DNA of 64,000 bases. Origin: Polyangiales bacterium (GTDB lineage Bacteria; Myxococcota_A; Polyangia; Polyangiales; JADJQN01). The notes below the pieces were generated by a model. That model had not been told where the DNA came from and ran no database searches. It was given only the letters and a program-made list of their open reading frames with translations. The first letter of the stretch is position 1. Every line of letters starts with the position of its first letter. The position numbers and the translations under genes are program-made. This document shows positions 30,762 through 41,579 of the stretch, piece after piece. Location of the stretch: NCBI GenBank assembly GCA_964202905.1, contig CAXNJO010000013.1, positions 75,839 to 139,838 on the forward strand, written 5' to 3'.

Positions 30762-31364
30762 GTGGGACGAAAGAAGGGCTACGAACCAGGAGACCTCGTC
30801 GAATCCGCGATGGCGCTGTTCCACGCGCACGGCTTCGCCGGCACCTCGACGCAGATGCTGGTGGAGAAGCTCGGCGTGAACCGCAACAGCATGTACGCGG
30901 AGTTCGGCAGCAAGCAGGCGCTCTTCGACGCGGCTCTGCGGCGGTACGAGCAGCAGTTCATGAACGACGTCTTCGGCCAGCTCGAAGCCGCCGACGCTGG
31001 CCTCGACTCGATCGCCGCGCTGTTCGAGCGCTTCGGCAAGGATGCCGCGGGCCCCGCCTCGGGACTTGGCTGCCTCCTCTGCAATACGGCGGTAGAGCTC
31101 GCGGGCGACGATTCCAGCGGGGAACCCTTCGTCCAGCGATACTTCGGGCGCGTTCAGGCCGCCTTCCAGAATGCCTTGGCCAACGCCCGACGAGCGGGAG
31201 ACCTCCAGCTTGGCGTCGTGGCCGTGGACGAAGCGCGTTTCCTGACGGCAACCGCCCTGGGCATCTTCGTCATGGTGCGTGCGCGCACGGCGCCCATCGT
31301 CGTACAAGGCTCGGCTCGGGTGGTGAAGCGCCATCTCGACGGCCTGCGGGCCAAGAAACCGTGA
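30762..31364 (+). CDS. TetR/AcrR family regulator
   Basis: MGRKKGY...AMALF..HGF.GTS...LGVNRNSMYAEFGSKQALF; GCLLCN. Confidence 0.92.
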   Translation: MGRKKGYEPGDLVESAMALFHAHGFAGTSTQMLVEKLGVNRNSMYAEFGSKQALFDAALRRYEQQFMNDVFGQLEAADAGLDSIAALFERFGKDAAGPASGLGCLLCNTAVELAGDDSSGEPFVQRYFGRVQAAFQNALANARRAGDLQLGVVAVDEARFLTATALGIFVMVRARTAPIVVQGSARVVKRHLDGLRAKKP

Positions 31365-31503
31365 GAGGGCGACGGGCAGGTGAGTCGGCCCGGCCAGCGT
31401 GCGAGGCGCGGTCACGAGGTTGGGCGCGGCGTGATCGGCAGCAGCGCGCTGGCCAGTTAAACGTCAGCGGCTCCGTCCCAGAAAAACGGGCTCCGGAGGG
31501 TAA

Positions 31504-32796
31504 GGCGGCTGATCACAACAAGTTGATCAAGTTCATCGGGGTCGGATCTCATAGTTCCATTCGCCGTGGAAGTTGTTCCTGTGAAGAGCCACCTGATTCA
31601 TTTCGGCCTTCGTGATGACGATCCCGGTGGGATAGCGGCCCTTGTCGAGCTTGGCTTTGACGCGGAGTCCGGCAGACGTTCGCGTGTGACCGATGAGCTC
31701 GACTACCGTTTCGAAGGTGCGCAGCGGCTTCCCGCGCCAGTTCTGCGTGATGTGGCAGAAGAGGCGGTGTTCGATCTTGTTCCACTTGCTGGTGCCCGGA
31801 GGAAAGTGGGAGACACAAACACGGACGCCGAACTCGCTGGCGAAGTTCTGCAGCTCGAACTTCCATGCGCGAAGCCGATAGCCGTTGCTGCCGCCCGCAT
31901 CGGCGGTGATGAAGATCTCGTGTGCATCGGGATACGCGCGCAGGCCCATCGTTCTCCACCACTGGCGGATCGATGCGACGGCAAACGCCGGCGTGTCGTG
32001 GTCGCGGCCGACGCTGACGTACGCCTCATTGCGCGCCATGTCGTAGACGCCGTAGGGGATGGCTTTGCCCAGCGCGTCGTCAGGGAAGTCGTGCACCAGC
32101 ACCTTCTCCGGCGTGCCCTGAGGCTGCCACTCCTTTCCCGCGTTCTTGAAGTCGCCGACGAGTTCCTTCTTCTTCGTGTCCACGGAGATCACCGGCTGTC
32201 GCCGCCCGAGGAAGTTCTCGGCCGTGGCGTTGATGTGCTCGAACTGAGCATTGCGATCGGGATGCACCGCGCCCTCGGTGCTTTTGCGCGCCGACTGGAG
32301 GCTGTAGCCAAGCTCGTGCAGCAAGCGACCCACTGTCGTGGAGCTCACCCTCCAGCCACCCTTCACCATCGCGGCGGCGAGCTGTGCGCGGCTCTTGCAC
32401 GTCCAGCGAAGTGGCGACATCGGGTCGCCGCGCGTCAACGGATCTACCAACGCTTCGAGTGCCGCCTTGAGCCCCGGCTGGATCTGCTCGAGTCGCGGAC
32501 GCCCGCCGCCAGGGCCACGCACTCGTCCAGTCAGTGCGACCCCCAACTCCAATTCCCGACGGCCATTGCGAATCGTCTGCCTCGCAAGGCCAGTCGCTGC
32601 CGACACCAAGGCATCGCCACCGTACCCGATCGCCCGAGACTCCGAAGCCGCCCAGAGACGCCGGGCCCGCTCGTCGAACAACCCGCTGACCGCCACGTAC
32701 TTGGCCACGATGGTCTCTTCGATCGCTGTGTTGCGGCGCATCTCCACCTTAGATCACCACTCGCTCAAGATGGCAAGCTAGATCTGGCCGGGTTCC
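31504..32796 (-). mobile_element. ISAzo13-family IS, copy 1 (1293 bp)
   Basis: Reverse complement of 43697-44989; flanks TAA and TTA do not form a matching duplication. Confidence 0.9.
31533..32747 (-). CDS. ISAzo13-family DDE transposase
   Basis: GDPMSPLRWT.KS, ISVDTKKKELVG, HDF, ADAGGSN, PPGTSKWNKIEHRLF and WNY motifs. Confidence 0.93.
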   Translation of the reverse strand: MEMRRNTAIEETIVAKYVAVSGLFDERARRLWAASESRAIGYGGDALVSAATGLARQTIRNGRRELELGVALTGRVRGPGGGRPRLEQIQPGLKAALEALVDPLTRGDPMSPLRWTCKSRAQLAAAMVKGGWRVSSTTVGRLLHELGYSLQSARKSTEGAVHPDRNAQFEHINATAENFLGRRQPVISVDTKKKELVGDFKNAGKEWQPQGTPEKVLVHDFPDDALGKAIPYGVYDMARNEAYVSVGRDHDTPAFAVASIRQWWRTMGLRAYPDAHEIFITADAGGSNGYRLRAWKFELQNFASEFGVRVCVSHFPPGTSKWNKIEHRLFCHITQNWRGKPLRTFETVVELIGHTRTSAGLRVKAKLDKGRYPTGIVITKAEMNQVALHRNNFHGEWNYEIRPR

Positions 32797-32903
32797 TTAG
32801 AGTCACGCAAGACCCTTCCACGGACAGAATGGACCGTCCAGACGAGGCTTACCGAACCTCGGCGCGGCACAACGTTTGGAGCTCGTGCCCCGACTCGGCC
32901 GGG

Positions 32904-33170
32904 CTACCCCGTCGTCTTCTGGGCTTCGTCGGAATGGGTTGTTTCCGCAGGGGGGAACAAGTGACTCATTGGAACCTTGTAGGCAAGAGCAGTTGCAACC
33001 AAGGAAGCAATGGTCACGTTTGTCTTGCCGTTCTCGACACGCTGTAAACTGGTCCAGTGGATGCCGATGAGCTCGGCTGCTGCTTCACGCGACAGACCCC
33101 GAGCCTTGCGAAGCTCACGAAGACGAGCTGCCAGGCCGCGCCCGCTCTCGCTCGATCGCAGCAACAACCT
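32904..33170 (-). CDS. XRE-family HTH protein (start uncertain)
   Basis: RLRELRKARGLSRE.AAELIGIH...QRVENG..N.T. Confidence 0.75.
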   Translation of the reverse strand, partial: RLLLRSSESGRGLAARLRELRKARGLSREAAAELIGIHWTSLQRVENGKTNVTIASLVATALAYKVPMSHLFPPAETTHSDEAQKTTG

Positions 33171-33216
33171 CGGGACGCTCCCAGACCTCTGAACGGTCGT
33201 GATCGTTGGGGGGCGT

Positions 33217-34151
33217 GAGGGTAACCGATCCAAGCCACCTTTGCTGAAACGGCGTTTGCTCCGGGGTTTGCGAGTCGGCGAGGCAGAGAAGGTCGCGCTG
33301 TTCGCGCCGGAGCTGCTGGGGGCAGAACTGGGCGTTTTCCCGCGCGAAAGACAGAGCGGTGCAGCAGGACGCGCCGAGGAGCGGTCCGTGGAGTCAACGA
33401 GGGGTGTGCGGCTGCGGTGGGCTACGCGGCGTAGTCGTCGGCGGGGTCTCGGGCCTTGGCGAGCGGCGGCGCCTCGGCGGGTCTGCCGAGGTGACGTAGG
33501 AAGCGCCGGACTTGAACTTGGTCGCGGAGCACAGCCATGAGGCGCAGGCGACCGTGGCACTTGGGGCAGTCGAGCACGTCGATATCGTGGCTGCGGCGGA
33601 GCAGGTGGGCCCAGCTCGCGGTGGGTCGGGTCATCAGGAGGGCGCCGTCGAGGAGCCTGCGGAGGTGCTCGTCGGTGAGGATGTACGGTGAGCAGAGCGC
33701 GGAGGGTGGAGGCTCGTCCGGCGCCGCGGTGTCGGCGGCGTAGAGCAGGTCGATGTCGCGGACATCATCGTCGCTCGGCGCGATGTACGCAGCGGGTGCG
33801 ATGCCGCCGATGTCGTGCTCGTGATGCGCGCAGCCTGGCGATGGCTCTCCGTCGCGCTCACCGCACTCAGGCTCGTTCGGTACGCGCGCGGTGATGCGTA
33901 CGAGCTTCGCGCGGAGCCGACGAGGCTTGGGCACCACGAGCCTTCGCCACGAGTGGCCGGGGGCGAAGACTCCGTGATAGCGGAGCAGCGGATGGCGCGG
34001 ACTCGGCACCAGCGCAGCGATGCGCGCCATGAGCTCGGAGCCCGTCATCACGCGATGGGTCCGAGCGCCGCGGCCGTACTTGGTGCGGTAGCTGTAGCGG
34101 CCGTCGGCGAGCTTCTCGAGGCGCTCGAGCGCGATCGCTGGCCTCGCGCAG
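33217..34151 (-). mobile_element. IS91/ISCR-like module B (935 bp)
   Basis: Near-identical to the first 935 bp of module A; ends at ...ctcgcgcag. Confidence 0.93.
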
Positions 34152-34155
34152 GCGG

Positions 34156-34685
34156 ATGAGTCAGACTCTGAGAAGCCGTCCACCGGGCACCATGAAGCTG
34201 ACAAAGCTCCAAGACTATCTGCGATGCGAGCGTCAGGTTCACGTCGCACTGCGTTCCAGTCCGAAGTCAGTCGGCGCAGCCCCCATCGACGATGTCACGG
34301 TGTCCGTGTCGGACGATGGAATCATGAGAATCGCGGATGGGCGCTCAGGACGAAACTCGTTTCGAGTGTTTTTTGCGGGGCGCGTCGAGGACATCGATGG
34401 AATCCCAACATTTGTGGGACACTCTGCAATCGCACCGGAGGTAGATTGGATACAGTGGTTGTTCGCCGTGCCCTTCGTTCTTGCAACGATCGCGATTGTC
34501 TTCGCGCGTGCGACGGGCGAATCGGAAAGCGACCATTCCCCGCTGTGGACTTGGGTTGTCTACGCCGGACTTGGAGTGGTTCCCATTCTCGTGCGAGTGG
34601 CCGCTTGGATAGCTTCGTCAGAAAGCCACGAATACGTCGTGAGCGCTTTGCCAGCGCTGCTTCGCAAGCAGCTGTTCGCGGCCGG
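34156..34685 (+). pseudogene. Two-TM hypothetical protein, lower GC, cut at the GAG of module C
   Basis: The ORF reads into the origin sequence (…GR|VTDPSHLC). Confidence 0.55.
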
Positions 34686-34945
34686 GAGGGTAACCGATCC
34701 AAGCCACCTTTGCTGAAACGGCGTTTGCTCCGGGGTTTGCGAGTCGGCGAGGCAGAGAAGGTCGCGCTGTTCGCGCCGGAGCTGCTGGGGGCAGAACTGG
34801 GCGTTTTCCCGCGCGAAAGACAGAGCGGTGCAGCAGGACGCGCCGAGGAGCGGTCCGTGGAGTCAACGAGGGGTGTGCGGCTGCGGTGGGCTACGCGGCG
34901 TAGTCGTCGGCGGGGTCTCGGGCCTTGGCGAGCGGCGGCGCCTCG
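34686..34945 (-). mobile_element. IS91/ISCR-like module C (260 bp)
   Basis: Matches the first 260 bp of module A. Confidence 0.93.
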
Positions 34946-35709
34946 CCGGGCTCGCCGAACAGGGCGGGGTCATCGGTGCGCTTCCGTCCCTGCGCGTGCA
35001 GCAGCTCGTGCCGGTCAACGAGCGTGAAGCGGTGACGTCGATGCTCGCCGGCCTTGAGCGCGCCGCGGTCGAACACGTTGCTGTACACCGCTCGCGCTCG
35101 CGGCGGAGGCTCGGCGCGGTGGGCTGGCTGGCGCGAGGCCGCAGCTCGTGTGGTCGCAGTTCGACATCCCTGGAGCGCCGAGCACCGCGGCCGTCGCTCG
35201 ACGTCTCTTCGGCGAGGCCGAGCACACCGTGGTGCTGTGCCACGTACTCGATCGGCCACTGGGCGGACGGCGATGAGCCCCCGCAGAACCCCGTCCTCGT
35301 CCCTCTCGCCGAGCGCATGGAGGCGGTGCCCGCCCTGAAGGTCCGCCTCTTCTTGAACGTTGCCCGCCGCAAGGCGCTCGAGGGCGCCCCGTCCACCGAG
35401 GTCGTGCAGGACTTCCGCCGGCGTTTCCTCACGTACGTCTGGCCGGCTGGCGCTCGCCTCCCGGCGATCTACTACGACCCGCGCAGCCTCGAGCGCAGCG
35501 ACGCCGTGCTCCACGCCAAGTGCATCGTCGTCGACGATGCGAAGGCGCTCATCACGTCGGCCAACCTTGCGGAAGCCGCGCAGGAGAACATCGAGGCCGG
35601 CGTGCTGCTCGAGGACCCCGTGTTCGCGAAGGCGCTGCGACAGCAGTTCGACTCGCTGATCGACGCCGGGTTGGTGCGCCTGCTGCCCGACCTGCGGGGC
35701 TCCACGTGA
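34946..35709 (+). pseudogene. DISARM DrmC-like phospholipase D nuclease, 5'-truncated/degraded
   Basis: VRLFLNV, WP..RLP.IYYDPRSL, LHAKCIVVD (HKD), ITSANL and NIEAGV motifs. Confidence 0.72.
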
Positions 35710-36660
35710 CGCAGCCCTCCGACCACTCACTCAGCCAGGAAGTCCTCGCAGCGTACGAACGCTGCATCGCCACGCCTCAACACGAGAGCGAGCGGGGTCT
35801 TGTCGAGGCGCTCGCGACGTTCTTCGAGTTCGCCGGCTCGATGCCCGCGCCGCTGCGAGACACCGGTTCCATCACCAGACCTCGCCGCAGCAGCTCGGTG
35901 CGACCCCGGCGCGGCGCTCTGGACGCTGGCCGTCGAGGCGACATCGTGGGCCCGCGTGTACCTGTACACGAACGTCTACCGAGCGACGCAACTGGCGGGC
36001 GTGCTGGTGACCAGCCTGAACGGACGCGAGTACATCGCCTCCGCGTTCGCGGCGCGAGCGCTCTTGGAGAACGCGGCACTGTTCCGCCTCCAGTCGCCCG
36101 GCGTACAGACGGCGCTGGATGCCCTTGCCAAGGTGCCGCGTGCTCACCTCAAGCACCCGGCTCGCGAAGATCCGACCGCGGTCCACGCAGCAACGACGGC
36201 CGCTCTCGAACTCATTCGCGCTGCGCGGATCACCGCATCCAAGGGGCGGTTCAACTGGACCGCGGGCTATCGTGGCAAGCTCCTCGATGAGTACTCCGAC
36301 AAGCACCTCCCGGAGCAGAACCGCCAGGACCATGTCCTCAAGGCGATCGACAAGATGAAGGTGGTCGGGGCACATCGCGCTGGGGAGACGATTCGTTTCC
36401 ACTACGAGAAGGTGTGCGACTTCGTGCATCCCAACATGAGTTCGTCGATGGCGTTCCTCGAGATCGCTGACCCGCTTGTCGACAACTTGGGCCGCCATGT
36501 GTACGCGCGGCGACCTGGGGCATCCGACCTGCTCGATGCGTTCCTCCCGGCGGTGATCGTCCCGACGCGCGAAGCCCTGACGCAGTTCACTCCGCTCGCC
36601 ACGCGGATGTTCGGCACGTTGTCGGACTTGAAGTACCTCCGGTCGGGAACCGAACGGTAG
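35706..36660 (+). pseudogene. HEPN-like (DUF5677-type) helical protein with a probable frameshift near 35870
   Basis: AARALLE...HYEKVCDFVHPN pattern; the N-terminus lies in another frame. Confidence 0.45.
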
Positions 36661-36680
36661 CGGCGAGACGCCAGTCTCCA

Positions 36681-37415
36681 TCACGGCCGGGCCCGCTCGA
36701 CTCGGTCGGGACAGCGAAGTTCGAGCATCGGCTGCCCCGTTTCGTCGATCACCTCGAGCGCCCCGTCCAACCGCTCCACGCGGGCCTGCCCGTTGTAGAA
36801 AGGCTCGACCATCGCGAAACGACGCTCGTACGCCGATCGGCCATCACGACCGACGTGGTGCCAGCCATCGGCGTCACGGGCACGGGCGTAGCCCTTGTGG
36901 AAGAGGTCGAGGTCGTCGAGCCAGTGCTCGTGGATCGCTCGACCGCGCCCGTCGACGTGCGTAGAGCGGCCGTCGTCGGCCTGCACGACGGCGATCCCCT
37001 CGCGAAAGTCGCCGACGTACTTCCATGTCTCGGCGTAGACGCGGGCCCCGCCCGCAGTGATGTGGAAGTAGCGCCCGTCGCGGGCACGCACGGCGCAGCG
37101 ACCGTCCTGGTAGTTGCCGCACCAGGCGTAGCGAGCGTCGGTGAGCTCGAGCCCGTGGGCCAGGATGTGGTGCCACCCGTCGATCGCGATGACCGCGGCT
37201 CGGCCCTCGTAGAAGCCGAAGGTGCGGACGAACCGGTCTCTGTACGCTGCGCGTCCGTCCGGATGGATGTGCCACGCCTCGCTGCCGCGCCGCACCGCAG
37301 CGACCCCCGGTGCTTGGAACGGCAGCACGTCGTCGAACCGCTCGCTGTACGCGGGGTGGTCGTCACGGATGTGGTGCGTCCCGTCGCGGGACACCGAGAG
37401 CGTCGACCAGCTCAC
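36681..37415 (-). CDS. WG-repeat protein
   Basis: Repeated F.EGRAAV / Y.DGRCAV / FREGIAVV / FHKGYARA / FYNGQARV; GTGA overlap with the upstream gene. Confidence 0.8.
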   Translation of the reverse strand: MSWSTLSVSRDGTHHIRDDHPAYSERFDDVLPFQAPGVAAVRRGSEAWHIHPDGRAAYRDRFVRTFGFYEGRAAVIAIDGWHHILAHGLELTDARYAWCGNYQDGRCAVRARDGRYFHITAGGARVYAETWKYVGDFREGIAVVQADDGRSTHVDGRGRAIHEHWLDDLDLFHKGYARARDADGWHHVGRDGRSAYERRFAMVEPFYNGQARVERLDGALEVIDETGQPMLELRCPDRVERARP

Positions 37416-39762
37416 GACGGAACTCCGGCCGGCCGGCGCATGTTGCAGCCGACGCACAGCGACCGCGTCCGGTACGATCGAACGAGCGACCCGTAGGTGT
37501 CGCCGCGCCAGACCTCCATCAGCGGGAACTCGTGCAGGTTGCCGAGCTCGCCGAGCGTTCTGCGCTGGGCGTCCGGTGCGCAGCACGGATCGAAGCGGCC
37601 TTCGGCGCTCACCCACGCCTCCTGCCCGAGGAACGGGCACGCGCCACCCGGGGCGATGTCGGCTGGCGCGTTCTCGTCGAGCAAGAAGATGTTCTCTACC
37701 GAGACGGTACGGCCGCTCGCGAGGGGATGCTCGTCCACCGCCCGGCGAGCGTCCAGCACGGCGGCGTTCCAGCGGCGCACCGCCTCCGGGCTCCGACGCA
37801 TGGAGAGGTGCTCGATCTCCGCGAAGTGCGCCCAGAGGTGGTGGCCCTTCACCCGGTCGACGCCCAGGGACGCCGCGAGCCGGACGATGTCCGCGAGCTC
37901 GGAAACGTTCGTCTCGAGGAACGTGAGCTGGAACGTGACGCGGCACCGATTGCTCCCCGCCGCGGCGTGAGCGTCGCGGACGCCGATGAACGTCCGCACG
38001 TTCTCGAGAACGGTCTCCCAGCGCGTGCCGACCATGATCTTCTCGTGGGTCTCGGCCGTCGCGCCGTTCCACGAGATCTTCACGTCCGACGTGACGGGCA
38101 CGATGAGCTCGGCAGCCCCGAGCACCGAGGCGCGGGAAGGTCCCGTTCGTCGTCAGGTTCAGCTTCACGTCGTACTCGCGGACGAGCGCAACGATCTCCT
38201 CGAAGTCGTCGTAGAGGAGCGGCTCGCCCATCGTCGAGGGGATGACCTCGCGCAGGCCGTGCGGGGCCGCGTCCGCGATCACCTTCCGGACGAGCTCGAT
38301 AGGCATCACACGGCGCGGCTTCCCTGCTTCCTTGCGGCGGACCTGGAGCAGCGAGTGGTCCGAGTGCTCCTCGCACATGACGCACTTGAGGTTGCAGGTG
38401 TCCGGGTTGGTGTCGAAGGTCACGCGCCACGGGCCAGGCAGCGACGAGATGCGGGCGGAGTTCCGACGCGAGAGCGCGCCCGTGTAGACGCGCTCGATCG
38501 CGGTGGCGTGCGCGCCGATGTCGATGACGTCGCCGCTCATCGACGCCAGATAGCCCCGCGCACCGAGCTGCACCGCCATCATGGGCTCGCTCGCCATGCG
38601 GCCCATCTGTCGAGCGAGCGAGGCGGGATCTCGGAAGTCGAAGAGGAGGCCATTCGCCCCGTGCTGCACGAGCTCGGCCATGCCGCCGACGTTCGCCGTG
38701 ATGACCGGAACGCGAGCCTGGAGCGCCTCGTGGATCACGAGCGGCGAGTTCTCCACCCAGATGGACGGGACGACGATCGCGTCCACGCGCTCGAGGACGT
38801 CGCGAACGACGTGCTCGTTCTCGTACTCCGGCAGCCACTCCACCCGATCTCCGGCGCGGTGCGGGAGGCGATCAGCCAACGCTCGGAGCGCGTCCGTTTC
38901 CTGTCCGCGAGGTCGACCCCAGATCCGCAGCCGTGCGTCGGAGTCGATGCGCCCGAACGCCTCCAGCAAGAGCTGCACGCCCTTCGCGGGGATGTGCGTG
39001 CCGATGTAGCCGAACGTGAACGGCTCGCCTGGTCGCCGCCGTCGGCCCGCGAGCCGAGCTCGGTCGAAGCCGTAGTCCATGTGCACGAGCTTGGCGGGCG
39101 AGGGCGCGGCCGCAGCTCGGTGAGCGTGCCGGCCGGTGCTCGTAGCCGGGCGACGAAGGCGTCGACGAGCTCGGCCATCTCGCGGACGTGCTGCATCCGC
39201 CGGGCGACCCAGCCCTTCCAGTGATCGACGTCCGCGGAGAGCTCGGCGTGGGCGCCCGAGAAGTAGCGGGCGTAGCACCGGCGGGCGCATCTCGCACGAG
39301 AACTGATCGCGTGCACGAGCGAACGGGCTCATCCGTCGTCGGCGTGCATCTGCATGACACCGGTTGACCGCACACAATCCAGCGTCGCAGAACGTCGAGA
39401 CGGATCGGCGAATCACGTGCCGACGCCTCGCGGACGAGCGAGGTCGAGAGGTGGTTGAGGTGCCCGACGTGAACGACGTCGGGGTGCACGCGGTCGAGGA
39501 GCTCCGCGAAGCGCTGGTCGACGCCGGCATGACGGTAGCGGTCGCGTGATCGGGCGACGTTCACGACGTGGAGCGCGACGCGAGGATCTCCTGCGTCGGC
39601 TTCGGTCCTGACCGCGAAGTCGGGCCGGAAGGGGTCTTCCTCGCGCGTGAAGACGTGGACCTCATGCCGTCGTGCGAGCGCACGGCAGAGGTTCTGCGTG
39701 TAGACCTCCGATCCCGCGTTGTAGCGGGGCGGATAGCCGTGGATGACGTGGACGAGGCGCAT
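37412..39762 (-). pseudogene. GT4 glycosyltransferase-radical SAM/SPASM fusion with several frameshifts
   Basis: HGYPP.YNAGSEVY, VPSIW.ENSPLVI.EA, CNLKCVMC, GEPL, TTNGT and a C-terminal C..CC..CxxC, spread across three frames. Confidence 0.8.
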
Positions 39763-39823
39763 GGGGCGGCGATGCCGCGGGGCCGATCCGAAGACCGACC
39801 CCGCGGCGTTCGTTCCGCGACCT

Positions 39824-40030
39824 TCAGTCGTTGTTGCCCAGCGGCCCGAACTGCTCGAAGTCGTCGCCGACGTTGCCGACGCTGCCCGTGACGGTGCCGA
39901 TGGGCTCCTTCGGCTGCGGCTCCCCGCGCGAGGCCCGGTAGACCGGGTCGTGCGGGTTCAGCTGCCTCGACCTGTTGTCGAGTTCAGCCTGCTTCGGGGT
40001 GGAGGGCTTCGATGCGTTGCGATGGCTCAT
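39824..40030 (-). CDS. Small 68-aa protein (DNRSRQLNP..Y..SRG) upstream of the GT-rSAM gene
   Basis: GGAG RBS upstream; co-oriented, about 60 bp before the GT-rSAM start. Confidence 0.6.
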   Translation of the reverse strand: MSHRNASKPSTPKQAELDNRSRQLNPHDPVYRASRGEPQPKEPIGTVTGSVGNVGDDFEQFGPLGNND

Positions 40031-40329
40031 GGTGCTGTCTCCGGTGGGTTGCCGTGGAGCACTCGCGAATCCGATCACCTCGGGGCCGCCGGACCAATGG
40101 CGCACAGGCTCGCGCCTGTGGAACGGATCGTTGAGGAGTCGAGGGTTGAGCTGGCCCGACGCGGTACGTTCCCAACGTGCACGGCTGCGAAACCGTGAAC
40201 GCCCCCGGCGACTCCTCGGGGTGAAGGGAGGTAACGCGTCGATGGAAACGATCGGCTGAACCCCGGCCGACCGTCAAGAGGGGCGCCGCGACAGAGGGCG
40301 CCGCGACACGGAGATGGATGCCTCCGCGC

Positions 40330-41442
40330 CTACGCGCCCTCGCCCTCTGGCGGGGCACCAGAGGCCAGCGGCGCGAAGAGATCCATCAGCTGCACGAGGC
40401 GCTTCCGGACAGCAGCCACCACCGCGGGCTTCTCCTCACCGACGGGGACATCGATTGCGACAGCCGGGAAGTCCATCCAGCCGCTCGCCAGTTGGCATCC
40501 CTGGGCCTCGAGAGGCCGCGCGATGGACCATGCGATTTCCCGCCTGCTCACGAAGTCCGAACCGCGGGAGCCGTGATGAGGGTCGTACCAGATCGGGAAG
40601 GAACCCGACTGCACCCATCGGTTGACATCCAAGCGCAGCGATCCGCTCCAGCCTCGCTCCGTCTTGCAGTACCGGAGGTAGTAGCCCTTGCCCGCGGTGA
40701 GCCGCGTTCCCTTCTGGAGCAGGAGCCGGTCCGCCACCAGCTGCTCGATGACGGCGTCGACCAGATCCGAGAACTCGAGGACGCGCCGGTAGACTGGCGA
40801 CGAGAGCTCCGACCGGGTGACGGGGAGGAACGCCTCGGTGTCCATCCGCTCGCAGAGCCCGTCGAGCTGGGCGAGGTCGGCGACGCGGTCACGCTCCCCG
40901 GTGGCCTCAAGCTCGGCCCGAACGCTCGCGAGGAGCCGACGCCAGGAGATCAGGACGAGTTCGGGCCCACCGGAGGCGCCCCCGACCCAGAGCCCGGGCT
41001 CCGCCGCGCGAGGGTCGCGCAGTGTGTGACCCACGGCCGCGCAACGCTCGCGCAGCTCGCGCCAGAGGACATCGCCACGAATCTCAGGTGCGACGAACGC
41101 GAGGAGACCGCCAACGGCGAGCCGGCCAAGGTAGGTCGCTGGTTGGTTGTCCGTGAGCGCCGCCCAGAACTTGGCCTCGACGACGACGCGCTCTGAACCG
41201 GCCACGTCGATGCCGACGAGGTCCGGACGCTCGCCGTCCTTCCCCGTGCTCTGGGATACGAACCGAAGCTCAGGGAGCTCGACCGCCGCGGGTCGGAACG
41301 CCGCCGCGAAACCCCGGCGCGCCGCTGGCGAGACGCTGAGGAGGAACAGCAACGCTTCGGTAGCCAGGTTCTCGGGCGACTCAGCAAACCGCAGCGCGAG
41401 GTGCCCGAAGAGGGTCGTCGTGCCCGCAGCAGGTACCGTCAT
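40330..41442 (-). CDS. PD-(D/E)XK nuclease-superfamily protein
   Basis: ENLATEAL..., RPDL...VVVEAKF...NQP..Y. Confidence 0.7.
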   Translation of the reverse strand: MTVPAAGTTTLFGHLALRFAESPENLATEALLFLLSVSPAARRGFAAAFRPAAVELPELRFVSQSTGKDGERPDLVGIDVAGSERVVVEAKFWAALTDNQPATYLGRLAVGGLLAFVAPEIRGDVLWRELRERCAAVGHTLRDPRAAEPGLWVGGASGGPELVLISWRRLLASVRAELEATGERDRVADLAQLDGLCERMDTEAFLPVTRSELSSPVYRRVLEFSDLVDAVIEQLVADRLLLQKGTRLTAGKGYYLRYCKTERGWSGSLRLDVNRWVQSGSFPIWYDPHHGSRGSDFVSRREIAWSIARPLEAQGCQLASGWMDFPAVAIDVPVGEEKPAVVAAVRKRLVQLMDLFAPLASGAPPEGEGA

Positions 41443-41579
41443 GATCCAATCCTATGCGATCGGCCGCGTACCGTGAGGACGCATGCGCACGACGGGACGA
41501 GGGCGCGCAAGAACCGCCCACGCTCCTCCTATCAGGAGGGTGAGGCGGACCCGCCTCGTTCACCCCAAGGAGGTTCCAC

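Noticed and set aside
40227..40240. gaggtaacg, similar to the origin start
   Set aside because: Diverges immediately, with no downstream origin sequence
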